A DNA stretch of 36,040 nucleotides, from positions 1 to 36,040 of the forward strand of contig JNET01029009.1 in assembly GCA_000697455.1 (NCBI GenBank), written 5' to 3'. How positions within the stretch are numbered: position 1 is the first letter of the stretch; each line of letters begins with the position of its first letter. This DNA comes from Basidiobolus heterosporus B8920. Its lineage: Eukaryota. The notes under the pieces are model-generated. The model did not search any database, was not told where the DNA came from, and saw nothing but the letters and a program-made list of their open reading frames with translations. Both the position numbers and the translations under genes were made by a program. Positions 10,820 to 23,690 of the stretch are shown here, piece by piece.

Positions 10820-12229
10820 ATGTTTCGCGGAGCAATCAGTCGTATTGCTGTGAATTCACTTAAAGCCGGCTCAAAAAGACTGGTCACCCAAAGATATGTT
10901 GTACCTGCTTTATCTCGAGAGTTAAGCATGAAGACATGGTTTGCTCGTAAAACACAACCCTTCGAGAAGAATAAGCCCATTTTGTCCCAAGACAATCTTT
11001 TTCACCCTTTGTCGAAATCGCCCATAAAAGAAATCGGTGAACGAGGCTTACTCATCAATAAATATGGTGTATGTCCAGTTTGTGAAGAACAGCATGAACA
11101 CAAACATCCAACCTACGAATGTCCTGATTGTGGCTATCCAACCCATTGTTCCGAAGCACATTATCAGCAAAATAAGGCTGAGCACGAGAAGGTGTGCAAA
11201 ATGCTGAGAGATGCGAATGAGGATGAACACGACCTACGTTCTGGTAGAATCATGAAGGAGTTTGAATTCCCAAGTAAGGATACCGAAGTTCCCATTTTCA
11301 TATAGTTGATTCATGTATCACTGCTAAATTCTCTGATAAATAGCTGGCCAACCTCTCGATGAAACTATTAATATGGCCAATTGGGATACTTTCTTCTATA
11401 CTCGTGGTTTCCCCAGTATGGACAGCGAAAGATCGATGCGTCACATTACAAAGCTTTTAACGTACCCAATTACCATTGGTTCGATTCTTCATCCTTCAAG
11501 CCCATACAAGCTAGGCGATGTCCTTACGAATGAGGGATTGAAGTCGCTCACTGGTAATCTACTTGTTTAATTGTAATTCATTTAGGTAGTGTAGCTAATC
11601 ACTTTACCTTAGCAATCCGTAATACCATGAACATCCAGCAGATTGGGAAGAAGGTCAAGGGGCCAACAGAGACTATCCGAGTGTTCATCTTGGGAGCAAG
11701 AGCTGAATCTCAGCTTCCGTCTCACATTTACAACCAGATAACATACCTTTTCCCTGAAACTGCATTCCATCTGTACTTCGTAGGACCTGAGGCGGTTCCA
11801 CCCAATATGCAAGCTGGCACCAACAACTGCAATGCCAGACTTTCTCTCACTTACGAAAATACGGTCTATCATGAATACTTCCCTCAAGTAGCACCATTCG
11901 ATCCCTACACTGATATATTCTTCTTATTCAGTCCGGGAATCGGCCAACCTGATTCCAGAGAACTCTGGAAGCCATCTATCAGTAAGCTCCTGGAAACCAA
12001 GTGCCCCATCTTCATTACCTCTTTCGATGAGCAAGACATGAACTCAGATGTTCAGGCACTTAAGGAAGATCATGTTGATGACATTGACTGGTTGATGAAG
12101 CCTACTAAGAATATTTTCCGAAGCTTAAAGTACGACATAAATCCAGAGGATGTACGAGTTGGTATCAACGCTAATTGGGGAATTTACGCCATCAGAGGCA
12201 AGAAGTACGAAGTAACTCACTCCGAGTAA
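10820..12229 (+). CDS. MSS51: Mss51-family mitochondrial protein (zf-MYND plus Mss51 C-terminal domain)
   Basis: Exons 10820-11273, 11344-11553, 11613-12229. Arg-rich mitochondrial presequence, LSQDNLFHPLSKSP, CPDCGYPTHCSE...HEKVC, NEDEHDLRSGR, NWDTFFYTRGF, FILGARAES. Confidence 0.92.
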
Positions 12230-12613
12230 TCACTTCAGGAATTTTCGATTGGTTGATTATACATCTCAGCATATTCCTAGCCATTTAAGAAATAGACAGC
12301 CTTGTATTCATTCGACCCTCAAACTCCACTCCTTAGTATCTTTCATGTCTTCGTTCTCATTACTTTTGACCGATTTCTTCGCCTTTCACGAACAAATGTC
12401 AATCATGTCTTGAAAAAATGCATTCAAAAAAATCTCATTTATTTCAAAAAAAATGGGGATTTTTCACAATCGTTCATCACAAAAATCATCCATACTAAAT
12501 GAATACCTAAACAATTTAAGATCACTAACGATATGTTTGAGGGAAGCTGGGTACATTATTTGATCGATAGTCCAGTGGAGAAGAGGGATGAGGCGAGGAT
12601 AGAAAGAGGCTGG

Positions 12614-15523
12614 TTATTTTGTCTCTTGAGAGGTCGATTTGCTTTTCTATGAATACAGCAGAATTTTTGAGTTGAATTTTCTTCGTCGAAGATTCAAGTT
12701 GGAGAAATTACCTCGGACGATTCTCTTCTATGGAAAAGTGAACTAAGTGCGGAAAGACTAGATTGTTTCTCTGATGTCTCTGTTTCCTCTCTCATACTAC
12801 TCGTTTCAGAACCACTTTCTGTGAAGGAGTTGTTGAATAGATAGGAATAATACAAGGGTTATGCTCATACTAGCTACCTGAAGAATTCCGATCATAGAGC
12901 CCCTCTAAATGATTTTTCTGAAATTAGTGGCTAAACACGTAGAACGGTTACTCTGAAAGATGACATACCAACAGCCTTAGAGAACCTCTCTGATCCACTG
13001 AAAACTGCTTTAGCAATAGTACCAGTAATGGGGCCAAGGTCCAAATGCAAATCATATAAACTACTATTAGTGGAGAACAGATACAATGGACAGGGTAAAT
13101 AACTTGGAAAATTGTGATAAAGTGTTAAAATAAGCAAAAAGTGATTTCTCATTACTTTGATATCTTTCGTTGCATATCGTCGATTGTACTTCCACCTTGG
13201 CCGGGATGCCTAAAGATTGTGAAGAGTTGAGATCAACAGTGTCTTTCATGAATAGGTCGGTACTATCATACCTTGGCTCGATGATAGAAATATACTCGGG
13301 CATCATCTGAGCTTTCCAAATCTCATAGTTCTTGGTCTCGATCCACTGGTTCACCCAACTCTCGTTGAACTCTTTGATCTGTACTTTTTCTACATTGGTC
13401 GCAAAAAGCGAAGCGGTTAGGGTTGGTTGTTTTCTTTGTCAGTGTCAGCAGCTAAATATACCGGTTCCGTCAGTGACTGAGACCACTTCAAAAGATCCAT
13501 ACTCATCTCCCATTTCAGCGTAATAAACACTAGACAAGAAAGCCAACAGGTAATTTTCAAATTTGCCACGGATATACTCGTCACTCCCTTCGTATTCTGG
13601 TGCTGAAAAGGCCAATATTTCAGAATGAGTGGATCAAACACGAAGTCAAAGGTTCTTGAGAATTTACCATTTTTATCGTAGAAGTAGTTTACTGACTGAA
13701 GGATTTCATCCATGAATCGTTTATCCGACGATGTCAGCTCAATCATATCGGCAATGTCTCGGTCGTTATAGCTAATAGCTCCTTTCTCGATCTGTATCAT
13801 TGAAATGAGTTAGTTGTTTGTTAAGTTGAGCCGAAACTCAGGAATATTTACATCCACAACGACGTCAATCAAGTTCCGATGCAGCATTTTGAGCACTGCG
13901 TTGCTCTAAAATAACAGAAGGCAATCAGTCAGTATGCCGAAGGAATTAGAGAGAAATGTTGAAATATTTGTACCGTTCCGATAAGAAAAGATCTAGTCTC
14001 ATCTGTTTCAATCATATCCAGCTGCTGCAGCGGGAAATACGGCTGAAAGAAACTTCCCTAAACCGAAAGTCGAGCTTGAGAAGACTGAAACCAATATCAC
14101 CGACCTTGTTGCCGTACCTCATTAAAGATATCCAATGGAAGCGCCATCTTTTCAAAGAATACTTGTCTTTCGTCACTGAAATCATGGGGCGCGGGTTTCT
14201 TTTCTTTTGGTACGCAATCAGCCAATCCACACTCTTGCAAATGGCTCAAAAGTCCTGCTCATATAATCAGATATTGGCACAAGCCTTAGCGATTCTGGGT
14301 CCCATTGCAACTAACCTGGGATCAGTGAAACTAAAGCGTATTGGAACGCACACAAGCTTTCAACTGGATGACCATAGAACATGACCTTCACACGATAGTT
14401 AGATGATGAGTTTAGCTTGTACTGAATCAAATAAGCGCCACTTACACGCTTCTCAAGTAAAAGTAACTTGAATAGAACAAGAGTTTTCGACTTGAACTTT
14501 CTCACCAGATCCTGCAAAGATATCCCTGTGAAATTCAAAGAGGAGAAAGGATCAGCCAACCATTCTCACGATTCCACAATGGAGTCTCTCTGATTACCCA
14601 GGTAAAGAGCCGAACTGGCAACATTGGTGTGAAATTTGGCGCTGAGGCTTTCGTAGAATTGCTTCAAAGAGGATCAAGATGGGGTCAGTGTTGGGACTCC
14701 GTAACCACTAGGTGTGTTCATTTGACCAAAGTCCTTACCACTATGATATCCTTTTGTGTAAAATCTCCTTGATTGAAGTACGCGGCAGTAACTGCCGTCA
14801 ATTGATCTCTGACCGATCCCACTACTGCCTATAGGTTATAGATCGATGTTAGCGACAGTTCACGTGGAAGTAATGATGTGCATACCTGTCTAGTAATTAC
14901 AACCACCGCTTTCTGGACAGTGGCGCGTGTTATATCTGAAGTTCGATTTTTCACTTTCTAATAAAAAGTAGTGAAAAAACGGAGGTTTAGTGTACAGCAG
15001 CAGCATACATCGCAAGATATCAACAAACTCGACTAACCGAAGCCTCTATTTGTCGAAAACAAGAAATTCCAAATAGAGTTCTATTGGAGAAAGGGTAGTC
15101 GATCTTCCGTCTGATAGGTGGTAAATGAAAATAACAGATTTGTTGTTCGTTGAGGTGTGCACCATCTTAAGGTACCATAAATTCGAGAAGGTTTTGAAGT
15201 TGATGAGCCTTAAATTGACGTGTTTTTTTTGGAACAGGACTATTACCAGGTAAAGCTAAAAAGGGCAGAAATACCCACTCATTTGGAACTTTGGGAAAAC
15301 CTGCCTCTGTATGTAACTCTGTGTCTTCAGTAAAGCAGGGCAAGGGTGGATGGGCAAATTCCACGATAGGTCCAAGCTGATGATGGCTAGTTTACATTGC
15401 AAAGAATCAGCATTCTGTCTATGATAAACTAAGGTTGAATCGTACTAACAAAGCAACAACTAATACATGAGCTACTATCGGTAGTTCTTCTTCCTCCACC
15501 ATATTGGAAGGTTTATTAGACAT
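12614..15523 (-). CDS. AVL9: Late secretory pathway protein Avl9 (DENN-related), multi-exon; 3' end approximate
   Basis: VVAFHHQLGPIVEF, W.FLPFLALPDGAH, LFGISCFRQI, ITRATVQKAVVVI, LVRKFKSKTLVLFKLLLLEKRVMFYG, QYALVSLIPG, LTSSDKRFMD. The last exons are Ser/Glu-rich and the stop could instead be at 12694. Confidence 0.9.
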
Positions 15524-15814
15524 AAGGGAAGTGTTTTTGTTACTAGTATCCCTTAAGTAAATGAAGATGAATAGAAGTCAGTCATGATATGCTCAATGCT
15601 ATTCACCTACTGATTACCAGCCGAAACCTGACGCACAGATCCAATTTTATGCAGGATAATTAACCAAATTCGTTAAAAATATGTAACAAAATGATGACAG
15701 GGGATTGGAATATGGAAATCAATGAGAATATGAAATATACGAACGAAATTACACCCCCCTGCCACTAACCTCGACGATCCTGAACAAAACTGAGTGAAAT
15801 GCCACCAGATAACA

Positions 15815-15824
15815 CTCTCTTTCC
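15815..15824 (+). promoter_or_regulatory. Polypyrimidine TCT/5'TOP-like initiator candidate upstream of RPS15
   Basis: CTCTCTTTCC about 60 nt upstream of the ATG of a ribosomal protein gene. Confidence 0.35.
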
Positions 15825-15882
15825 GTGTGGAGAATCCTCTCGCCTTTCGTCTTTAGGAATTCATCTTCAGAAATAAAGCACC

Positions 15883-16528
15883 ATGGTAAGGCAGGCAATT
15901 CAATCTTTATGCAAGTGGGAAACTTGTGGGAACAAAGCTGAACCACACCAATTAGACTAGTTAGAGGTTTCCCAGTCAAACATCGAATCAATAGCACAAT
16001 TCATCCATCACTTAATTGACAACACGGCATCCCTCCAAATCATTGAGATCCAATTTAACCTGTATTTTCTCCTAGGCTGACCAAGACGCCCAACAAAATG
16101 TTGAACTTAAGAAGAAAAGAACTTTCCGTAAGTACTCTTACCGTGGTGTTGACCTCGATCAACTCTTAGACTTATCCAGTGAACAATTTATGGAGCTTGT
16201 TCACTGCCGTGCTCGCAGAAAGTTCAACCGTGGCCTTAAGCGCAAGCCCATGGGTCTTATCAAGAAGTTGAGAAAGGCCAAGACTGAGGCTCCTGCTAAT
16301 GAGAAGCCCGAAGTTGTTAAGACCCACCTTCGTAACATGATCATTGTCCCTGAAATGATCGGTTCCGTTGTTGGTGTTTACAACGGGAAGACTTTCAACC
16401 AAGTTGAAATCAAGCCTGAGATGATCGGTCACTATCTTGGTGAATTCTCTATCACTTACAAGCCCGTCAAGCACGGTCGTCCCGGTATTGGTGCCACCAA
16501 CTCCTCCCGTTTCGTTCCCCTCAAATAA
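15883..16528 (+). CDS. RPS15: 40S ribosomal protein S15 (uS19)
   Basis: Coding exon 1 is ATG only (15883-15885), intron 15886-16075 (GTAAGG...CTAG), exon 2 16076-16528: [22 protein letters not shown]...[25 protein letters not shown]...[18 protein letters not shown]. Confidence 0.98.
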
Positions 16529-16746
16529 ATTGATAGTTACGTTACTGGTGCCAACTGGTATACCACCCTTAATCCTAAGGACTCCGTTAGAGATTGATAC
16601 ACCCATTTAATTCCCTACTATGGTCTGCTTGTATCAAATAAAAATGTTAGGGTTGGGTACTCGACAAGCAAACCGTCCTTTCTAATGATTTATTTAGCAT
16701 ATGTAAATACAATTAAGGGAATTTCATGGGTAAACTCAACTACTGC

Positions 16747-18010
16747 CTATGTCGAAGTGACTCTCTTCTGGCTTTGATGTTGTGCAACGTACTCTTTCAA
16801 TTTGTCCCCGCCAAATACCATACAAGTCTAGGGAAAAGAAAGCTTAGTTTGTAATAACGAAGATCAAGCAATCTCTATCTATTCACTTACTGTCAAGTAA
16901 ACGCTAAGTCCTATTCTGGGTGTAACTCCACGATAGAACCCTTTGAATCCATTTCGCTGGTAGATATATTTGGCAGTCGTCCAAATATTTAGTTTTTCTG
17001 GTCTATCCACTGCCTTGGCTTGACTTTGCATCTCAACGCGGATTACCTCGATAGGCTGATTCCAGCAAGCCAGCGCACCACCAACAACTGAGGCTAAAGG
17101 GTTGAAACCATATTAGCTTACAATCGAAAGCTACCGAGTGAACTTCTGCATTCACTTACAGAGGATTTTTTCGGAATTCGTTAAAGCTCTATTTTTATCG
17201 TTCCGACGGATCAGGGACTCGGTGATACGAGAGATACCTAGTTTTTCAAAGGTTCTCGGATTAGTCAACCTAAAGAGCAACCTGACTCGTTTTATACTTC
17301 CAACTCACCAAATCTAGAGCCCCAGTTTGTCATTTGACGAAGTGCTACCGCCGAAACACCCTTATTTAGACCAACAATACCTTCCCGTTTAAAGATGTTG
17401 TAAGCTATTTCAAGAGAAGAGGATTTGGCTCCAGGGTTCTTTTGTCTGGTAACTTCAACGGTCTTCATGAAAGTGCAGAAACCCATGGTAGTGTATGCTT
17501 GAAAGACACCTCCACTCATACCACCAAGGATACCACTAACTACCGGAGAAGCACCTAACTTGCGACAATGATATTCTATTTCGGAAGAGGCAAACAACAA
17601 CACGCCACCTTTAGTGGAGGCTTCAATCCAAGCCCACTGAAAGTTACGTAACAAGAAACGAATATATTGAATACATATGTCAGAAAGACCATGCAAAAGA
17701 AAACGCTACGAACTGGGATAAGTCCTTGGTAAAAACCAGCAATTCCGCCACGTTGGTAGATTCTCTTTAAAGAAATAGGGAGTGAGTCTTGTCTATGTGC
17801 TAATACCCCGGAAAGAACGGCCCTTGTTAGCTAAAGGAATACTGGTAGCACAAGAAAACTGGAATACAAACCGGCCATATGAGTCTTGATTACTTCGAAT
17901 GGTTGGCCCAACGTTGACACCTCAAAAGTTTGAATAAGGGCACCCAGGCCGATATTGGTCCATGAGATAGGCTTCTTTGTAGGAGGGTTGTTCACTGTAG
18001 TAGCAGTCAT
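16747..18010 (-). CDS. YHM2: Mitochondrial citrate/oxoglutarate carrier (Yhm2-like, SLC25 family)
   Basis: KKPISWTNIGLGA...FEVSTLGQPFEVIKTHMAA, GLIPWAWIEASTKG, YTTMGFCTFMKTVEVT, RQMTNWGSRFG, WNQPIEVIRVEMQS, FYRGVTPRIGL, CMVFGGDKLK. Confidence 0.93.
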
Positions 18011-18386
18011 GATGGTTTGCACTTCTCGATAATCAGAGAGTGCAAGTAGTGATGGTCGCGTGTAAGCCAAGAAAAGAGTAGATCATTGATTTCGGAAATG
18101 GGAATAGTATGTAAACATTAAACCACCATAGAATCACAACAACTACATTCTGGTTTTTGGATATATGTATCAATGCTGATCTTAGAAAATCTGGTAAATC
18201 GGGCAAATCATCACTTTTCGGGGTAATCAGTGGCTACGGGAAATCAACTGATTGGTTGTCTAACTAGGATTTTTCCAATGGAAATACATTTCTTTGGATT
18301 CTACTCGCAAACGTTTTCCCTCATTGTCACCAGTCGCACTTTATGTGGGATTTTGCGTGCTCGCCTGTATTTCCTGTATCCGACTC

Positions 18387-18450
18387 TGGATGCTTGTATA
18401 ATAAATAATATGGATGCTTGTATAATAAATAATATGGATGCTTGTATAAT
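18387..18450. repeat. Perfect 24-bp minisatellite, about 2.7 copies
   Basis: Unit TGGATGCTTGTATAATAAATAATA at 18387 and 18411, partial copy at 18435. Confidence 0.92.
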
Positions 18451-19447
18451 TTAGTAAATACACACCATATCTCATGGTTTAAGGTAGGTGATGTCTACAC
18501 CTGACCCATCCATATCTGACAATCAGGTATATCTGATTCGGCCTGACTCATGTGACTTGGATTTCCAAATCAATCTTTCACCATGACCAAATAATCCTAA
18601 GTTACCCCTGAGAATACTGGCCTGACCTCCTTAACGAGTCATTTAAAACAAAGGTTAAACTAAGTTAACCAACCTTAACCCCCAACCTCTGAACCAACAG
18701 GTATAAAGATCAAGATCTAATCTGATGCTATAGGCAAGTGAACTAATCTCAGTACCATTAAATGTCGCACTTACTCTTGTTCTCACTCTAGCACTCTCTC
18801 ATTGAACTTGGTATTACCTGACTGATGTTTCGAGGAAACTGCGAAATTGCTTGAATATCGACAAGAACAGAGTACATTGGGATGTGACAATACAATACTA
18901 ACAATACTTTAATTTTGAGTGGTTGTTTGTGATAGAATTTCAATGACATGTGATAAAAAGTATTTAGGCAAGTTTGAAAGTAAAAACGAAGCAGTTGTAT
19001 AGATGAAATAGCCAGCGTCAATGCTGTGAATCAAAAACTAGATGTTGGGAGGAAATATAACAGCTATGAAGTTCATCAAAAAGGAGATATTCTTACCACA
19101 GTGGATGAATAATTATGATACTAGGGGTAGGGGGTAGGCGTAGGAGAGACGGGATAGAAAATGAGTGTGCAGTATGGTTGGCGGTTGTGGGTGTGGATGA
19201 GTGGGTGTGCGTGTGCGTGTGTAGCCAAGAAAAAAGTGGAGTACAAAGAAACAAAATGAAGGGATACTAAATAGACAGGTGGGAAATCTGGGAAGGTTTT
19301 TTGGTTTTTTGTCGATCAAAAAGAGAATACACTAAAAGCGAAGGTTCAAAAAAAAATTCGGGGAAATTAGTAATCGAGGATGTAACATTTAAGACGCAAA
19401 ACTAAATCCAGAATTTGTAGGTACACACGAATAAAGGCAGGGCGAAT

Positions 19448-21076
19448 CTAATTTTTACAAACAAAGTGACCAGCAGCATTGGTTCCAACAGGACCTGAGA
19501 TGGTAAGGCTACCAAATGAACTGTCTAGGGAATCTTCCAATGAGTTAGAAATCCCCGAGTCAGTGTCCGAGTCAAACTCTTGCCAATCCACTTTCCAATC
19601 CACCTTATTCGGAGTCTTGACGCATGCCAGTTGTTGATGCTGAAGGACCATGGTAGAGTTGAATGCATTAAAATCTACTTGTTGTGGAAACATCCGGCCA
19701 GATAATGCCTCCTCCAAGCTCTTTTCGGATTGGTTGGCCAAGGCTCTTCCGGGCAGTGGGAAAGGCTCCTCCATTCCCTTGAGTAAGCCCGAGCTATAGA
19801 AAATCTTTGGACGATAGCTAGGATCTTTATCCATAACACTCGAGTTTCGGAATTTCTCAATGAGGGCCATCTTTCCTTGGATATTGGCATATGAGAGATG
19901 GCAAATCTTGTCCGAATTGAATTTGCTCCACTTGCGTCCAACCCGTTTTTCTATAAATGAGAGTACAGCACTTACATCGATAAAGTTGATGAACGCATAC
20001 CCAACATTACAGTGATTCTTGAAGTCCATGCGTAAATACACGAAATCATATTCGCCTTTATGGGTCTCATCTAAACATTCCAGTAGCATTTTTTGAGTGT
20101 AACGATTGGGAATATTTCGGATCATGAAAGTGGTTCGGTTGTCGTAACCGTGTGCAATTTTCCAGACATCGATTTGGTTACGTGAGGGCACCAGCTTTTC
20201 GTTTGGCTCGGGACTACCGCTATAACCGGCGTTGTTCTGTCTGTTAGGCGGCATACTAATGCTTGGCTGTTGTTGCTGAGGTTTCAAGGGTGAGGCGGAC
20301 CAATTCCAGTTAGGAGAAATATGGTTCTCAACTGGGTGTTGGAATCTGTTGGAATTATACCCAAATGGCGAATATTGGGATGGGTGGGAGAAGGCACCCA
20401 CACTTCTATTGGAGTCCTCGCTGAGAAGACGAAAAGTTGATGCGTAAAGATCAGATTCAAACCCATGGCCGAATTTTGCTGGATTGTTGGACAGTGCATG
20501 AGGGGTAATCGGATTGTGCAAAGGTTCATTCCAGTTCATATTGTTGGGTCGTCGAATTGGTTGACGGTTAACTCCATTATCCGCATTATTCAAACTAACC
20601 GACTTATGATCCAAATGATTAGCAAACTCGTATCCATTGAACAATGGGTCGCTATCGAATAACCTTGACCGCCAATCCTGTTGATGGATAGGAGCATTGG
20701 CCAAGAGCGGTGCTTGAGACCATTGTAAGGTGGTAGCAGGTACAAAGTTTTTGGGTGTTTCGTACGCATTCATATGGTCAGAGGAAGCAGAGAAATTGTC
20801 AAATATCGATTGATTGGGTGAACTGTTTTGGCTACTTTTTCCTTTTTGCTAAAAAAAAGCAAAATGGTCAAATTGATAGTTAATAGCAAGGAGTAAACAA
20901 GGAAACTATACCTGAAGCTGGTCACGGAAAGAATCAGTAAGGCTTCCGGATTCAAGCGGGCTATGGAGGGCTTGTGGCTTGGAAGAGTCAAAATGGTGGT
21001 TGCCCTGAATGGGTGAACTGTTTTCAGCAACTTCTGTGTTGGAAACACTGCTAATGTCGGAGGTGGAAACTAGCAT
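19448..21076 (-). CDS. Mei2-like RNA-binding protein, C-terminal RRM3 (RRM_2) only, about 521 aa
   Basis: DNRTTFMIRNIPNRYTQKML...YDFVYLRMDFKNHCNVGYAFINF...WSKFNSDKICHLSYANIQGK...LIEKFRNSSVM is the Mei2 RRM3 signature. Exons 21076-20912 and 20848-19448 join in frame. Confidence 0.9.
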
Positions 21077-23690
21077 GTTATACGGACGGTGCAGAGAAGA
21101 TTGCAAGCAACAGCAAATATTAATAAACGGGATTAAGAGTACAAAGAAAGCACGATAGAAAAAGCAAGTTATGGCTCAAGGACAAGAGAGTCAAAGTAAA
21201 AAGTGAAAACCAAAAATTGGCAAGGGTGAACTCTTTGTAAGAGAGTGATACAATGACAGAGAGCTTTTGTCGCAAAATTCTATTGCAGGTAAAGAAGGTT
21301 ACCCAAAAATCCGAAAGGGGAATAGGCTAACTCGTGATAACAGATTGTGGCGAAAAAAAATTACGGAGCGGTAGGAGATTTTATAGTGGGGAGACAGGTG
21401 GGGGATGTGAATAATCAAAAAATAAGCCGATAGTTATGGTGATAGGAAAGTAGCTGAGAGTAGCTGAAAGTACGTTAATATAAATGACTATAGAAACCGG
21501 ATCATAATAAGCATTCAACTCTATCTCTCCTTGATCATTCATTGATCGGCTAACTTATCTTACTCACTAGCAACGGTGAATAATCGATAATTCTCGATAA
21601 TTGTTGCCCTTCCAAAATAGGTGTGGAACAAAAGAGAATGTAAGAGAAGTGGGGGAATGGAATTGTTTGTTGGCATACAATCTGACTTCGTAATCTGACC
21701 TCGATGGAAGTAAGGAGACGGAATAAGAAAAGGTGCACGAAAAGGAATGCGAATCCAGAACACAACACTGCCAAGTATTTGAGACCAGTCAAATCAGAGA
21801 CTTACGTACATTACTATATTAATTTATATGTACCCAGATCTGATCCTGCGCTGGTAAAAAAGCCCGTTCATTTCTATTGGAATGTTGATTGCTAACCATC
21901 CTGTAGCTCTCGTATTCGAACATAACAAAGGGAAATGGGTGGCCTTGTTGCGAACTGCCAGTACCACCGACAAATAAAACCTGTTTACTGGGAGAGGAGG
22001 TGCGATGCATGGAAGCAATCAATTTAACCATTAAAGGCGCATTATTTGATGGTGTTGTAGGTTAAGGCTCTCTTAGTGGAGGCTGTTTTCCCTGATAAAC
22101 CAGGGGTGAGATAGGAGTTGATTTATTTCTTGGCTAGTGATGTCCGCCGTATACATCTTTGGTAGGATAAAGATGAGAATGGGAGACAGTGATGGGGGAG
22201 GGATAGGGATAGGAATAGGGATAGACTGGACACTAGGGAGGATGGGAGCGCCCCTACTTCCGCTCAGAATGAAGGAGAGTACATATTACTGACACATATT
22301 TCGAACATACATCTCAGGAGTGTGTAGAATATAATGAGTAGGGTTAGGTTTTGCTACTTTACTGCTTTATCGTTGCTCAGTGTAAAACGATACCATCCTA
22401 CCTATTGGCCGAGATTCACCTATATTGCGGTATAGACTTGATTTGTATATCAAAGCTACCATTCTGGGAATGCTCTTCATCTATATGATCTTGACCTAAA
22501 ATAGAAATATGGGATTGCGGCACACAAGATTGATTAGGAGATACAATCTATTAGCCTATGAGTGGATTGTTCCACTACTTGTTGATAAGCATAATATGTG
22601 GTCTCGTCCTAGATTAGTGACTGGCTAATCAGAAAAGAACATTGCGTAAGAGATTTTTGTCAGCAGAATCATCACCAAAGCAGTAATCTGGTATTTTTCA
22701 ATGTTTACAATGAGCCAAGTTGCTTATAAATTCTCTACCAAATCACGGTTATGTTGGTTTTTATTATTTCTCGTTGTGTTAGCAGTGTCCCTTGGAGCAC
22801 ATAAATACCGGCCCTGACAAATATGGTAGTGAACAGTCAACATTGATTAATGCAGCTCTTTATTTCACATCTGGTAACGAACATTTGGTAACTAAAACCA
22901 TTGTAAAACTTGATATGTTCTGTTTCACCATCAATCATTACAATTCCCATGTTGACTTTATACATCATAATTCTTTGTCTACCGGCAAAGCACGTAATGA
23001 TGCTAACATGATTTCGCACATGATTTCCCTCACTACTGATGGCTGATGGATCCTGTTTAAATATGCCATAATTTAAGCTTGTTTGTGTCTCAGCAAGAGA
23101 TTTCAGTTAGGATTCACTCGGTAGATCGCGACATAAATGATTGTTTTATTCTATTGAAAACCATATCAAATTAAACAAAACCTTGGTCCAATAGCTTCAA
23201 TGATGCTCGTACCGAGTCTCTGGAATATCAAAGTATATTTAATAACTGGTGTTCATCCCGACTTCCGTAATATCTGAGGGTATATTATATTACACTTGTA
23301 TATAGCTACAATAAAGATCAGGTCCAAATTGCGTGAACATGGTTTTCTTGATGAAATGTTTTTAAAAATATAAACACCATCCAGTTCCTCTCCGAATCTA
23401 ATCCCAGGTTCGAGAAATGTTCTTTTTACCTAGTTAGATCGATTGTTTTGTCTTTTCTGCTCTTTTCTAGTTTGTCTCATGGACATAGACGTATACTCGT
23501 TTGGAATTTCTACAAAGCCCATATTAAGCCTGTTCATAGGAGACTCAGTATATTATATGGTCCAAATCGAGGCAAGGAGGTGAGAACTAATAGTCTCCTC
23601 AAGATCATAGATAGATACTGGTAAAAACAATGTGAAAATGGTTTATATCGAAAGAAAGACCGGTTCGTTAAATTCTACATGGTAGGTTCG

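Noticed and set aside
16172..16606. 144-aa minus-strand ORF
   Set aside because: Antisense shadow of codon-biased RPS15.
17760..17875. Apparent frameshift in YHM2 after exon 1
   Set aside because: Resolved by the TTAG acceptor near 17801, giving AHRQDSLPISLKRIYQRGG in frame.
18387..18450. Possible CRISPR-like array
   Set aside because: Head-to-tail identical units with no unique spacers, eukaryotic context, no cas genes.
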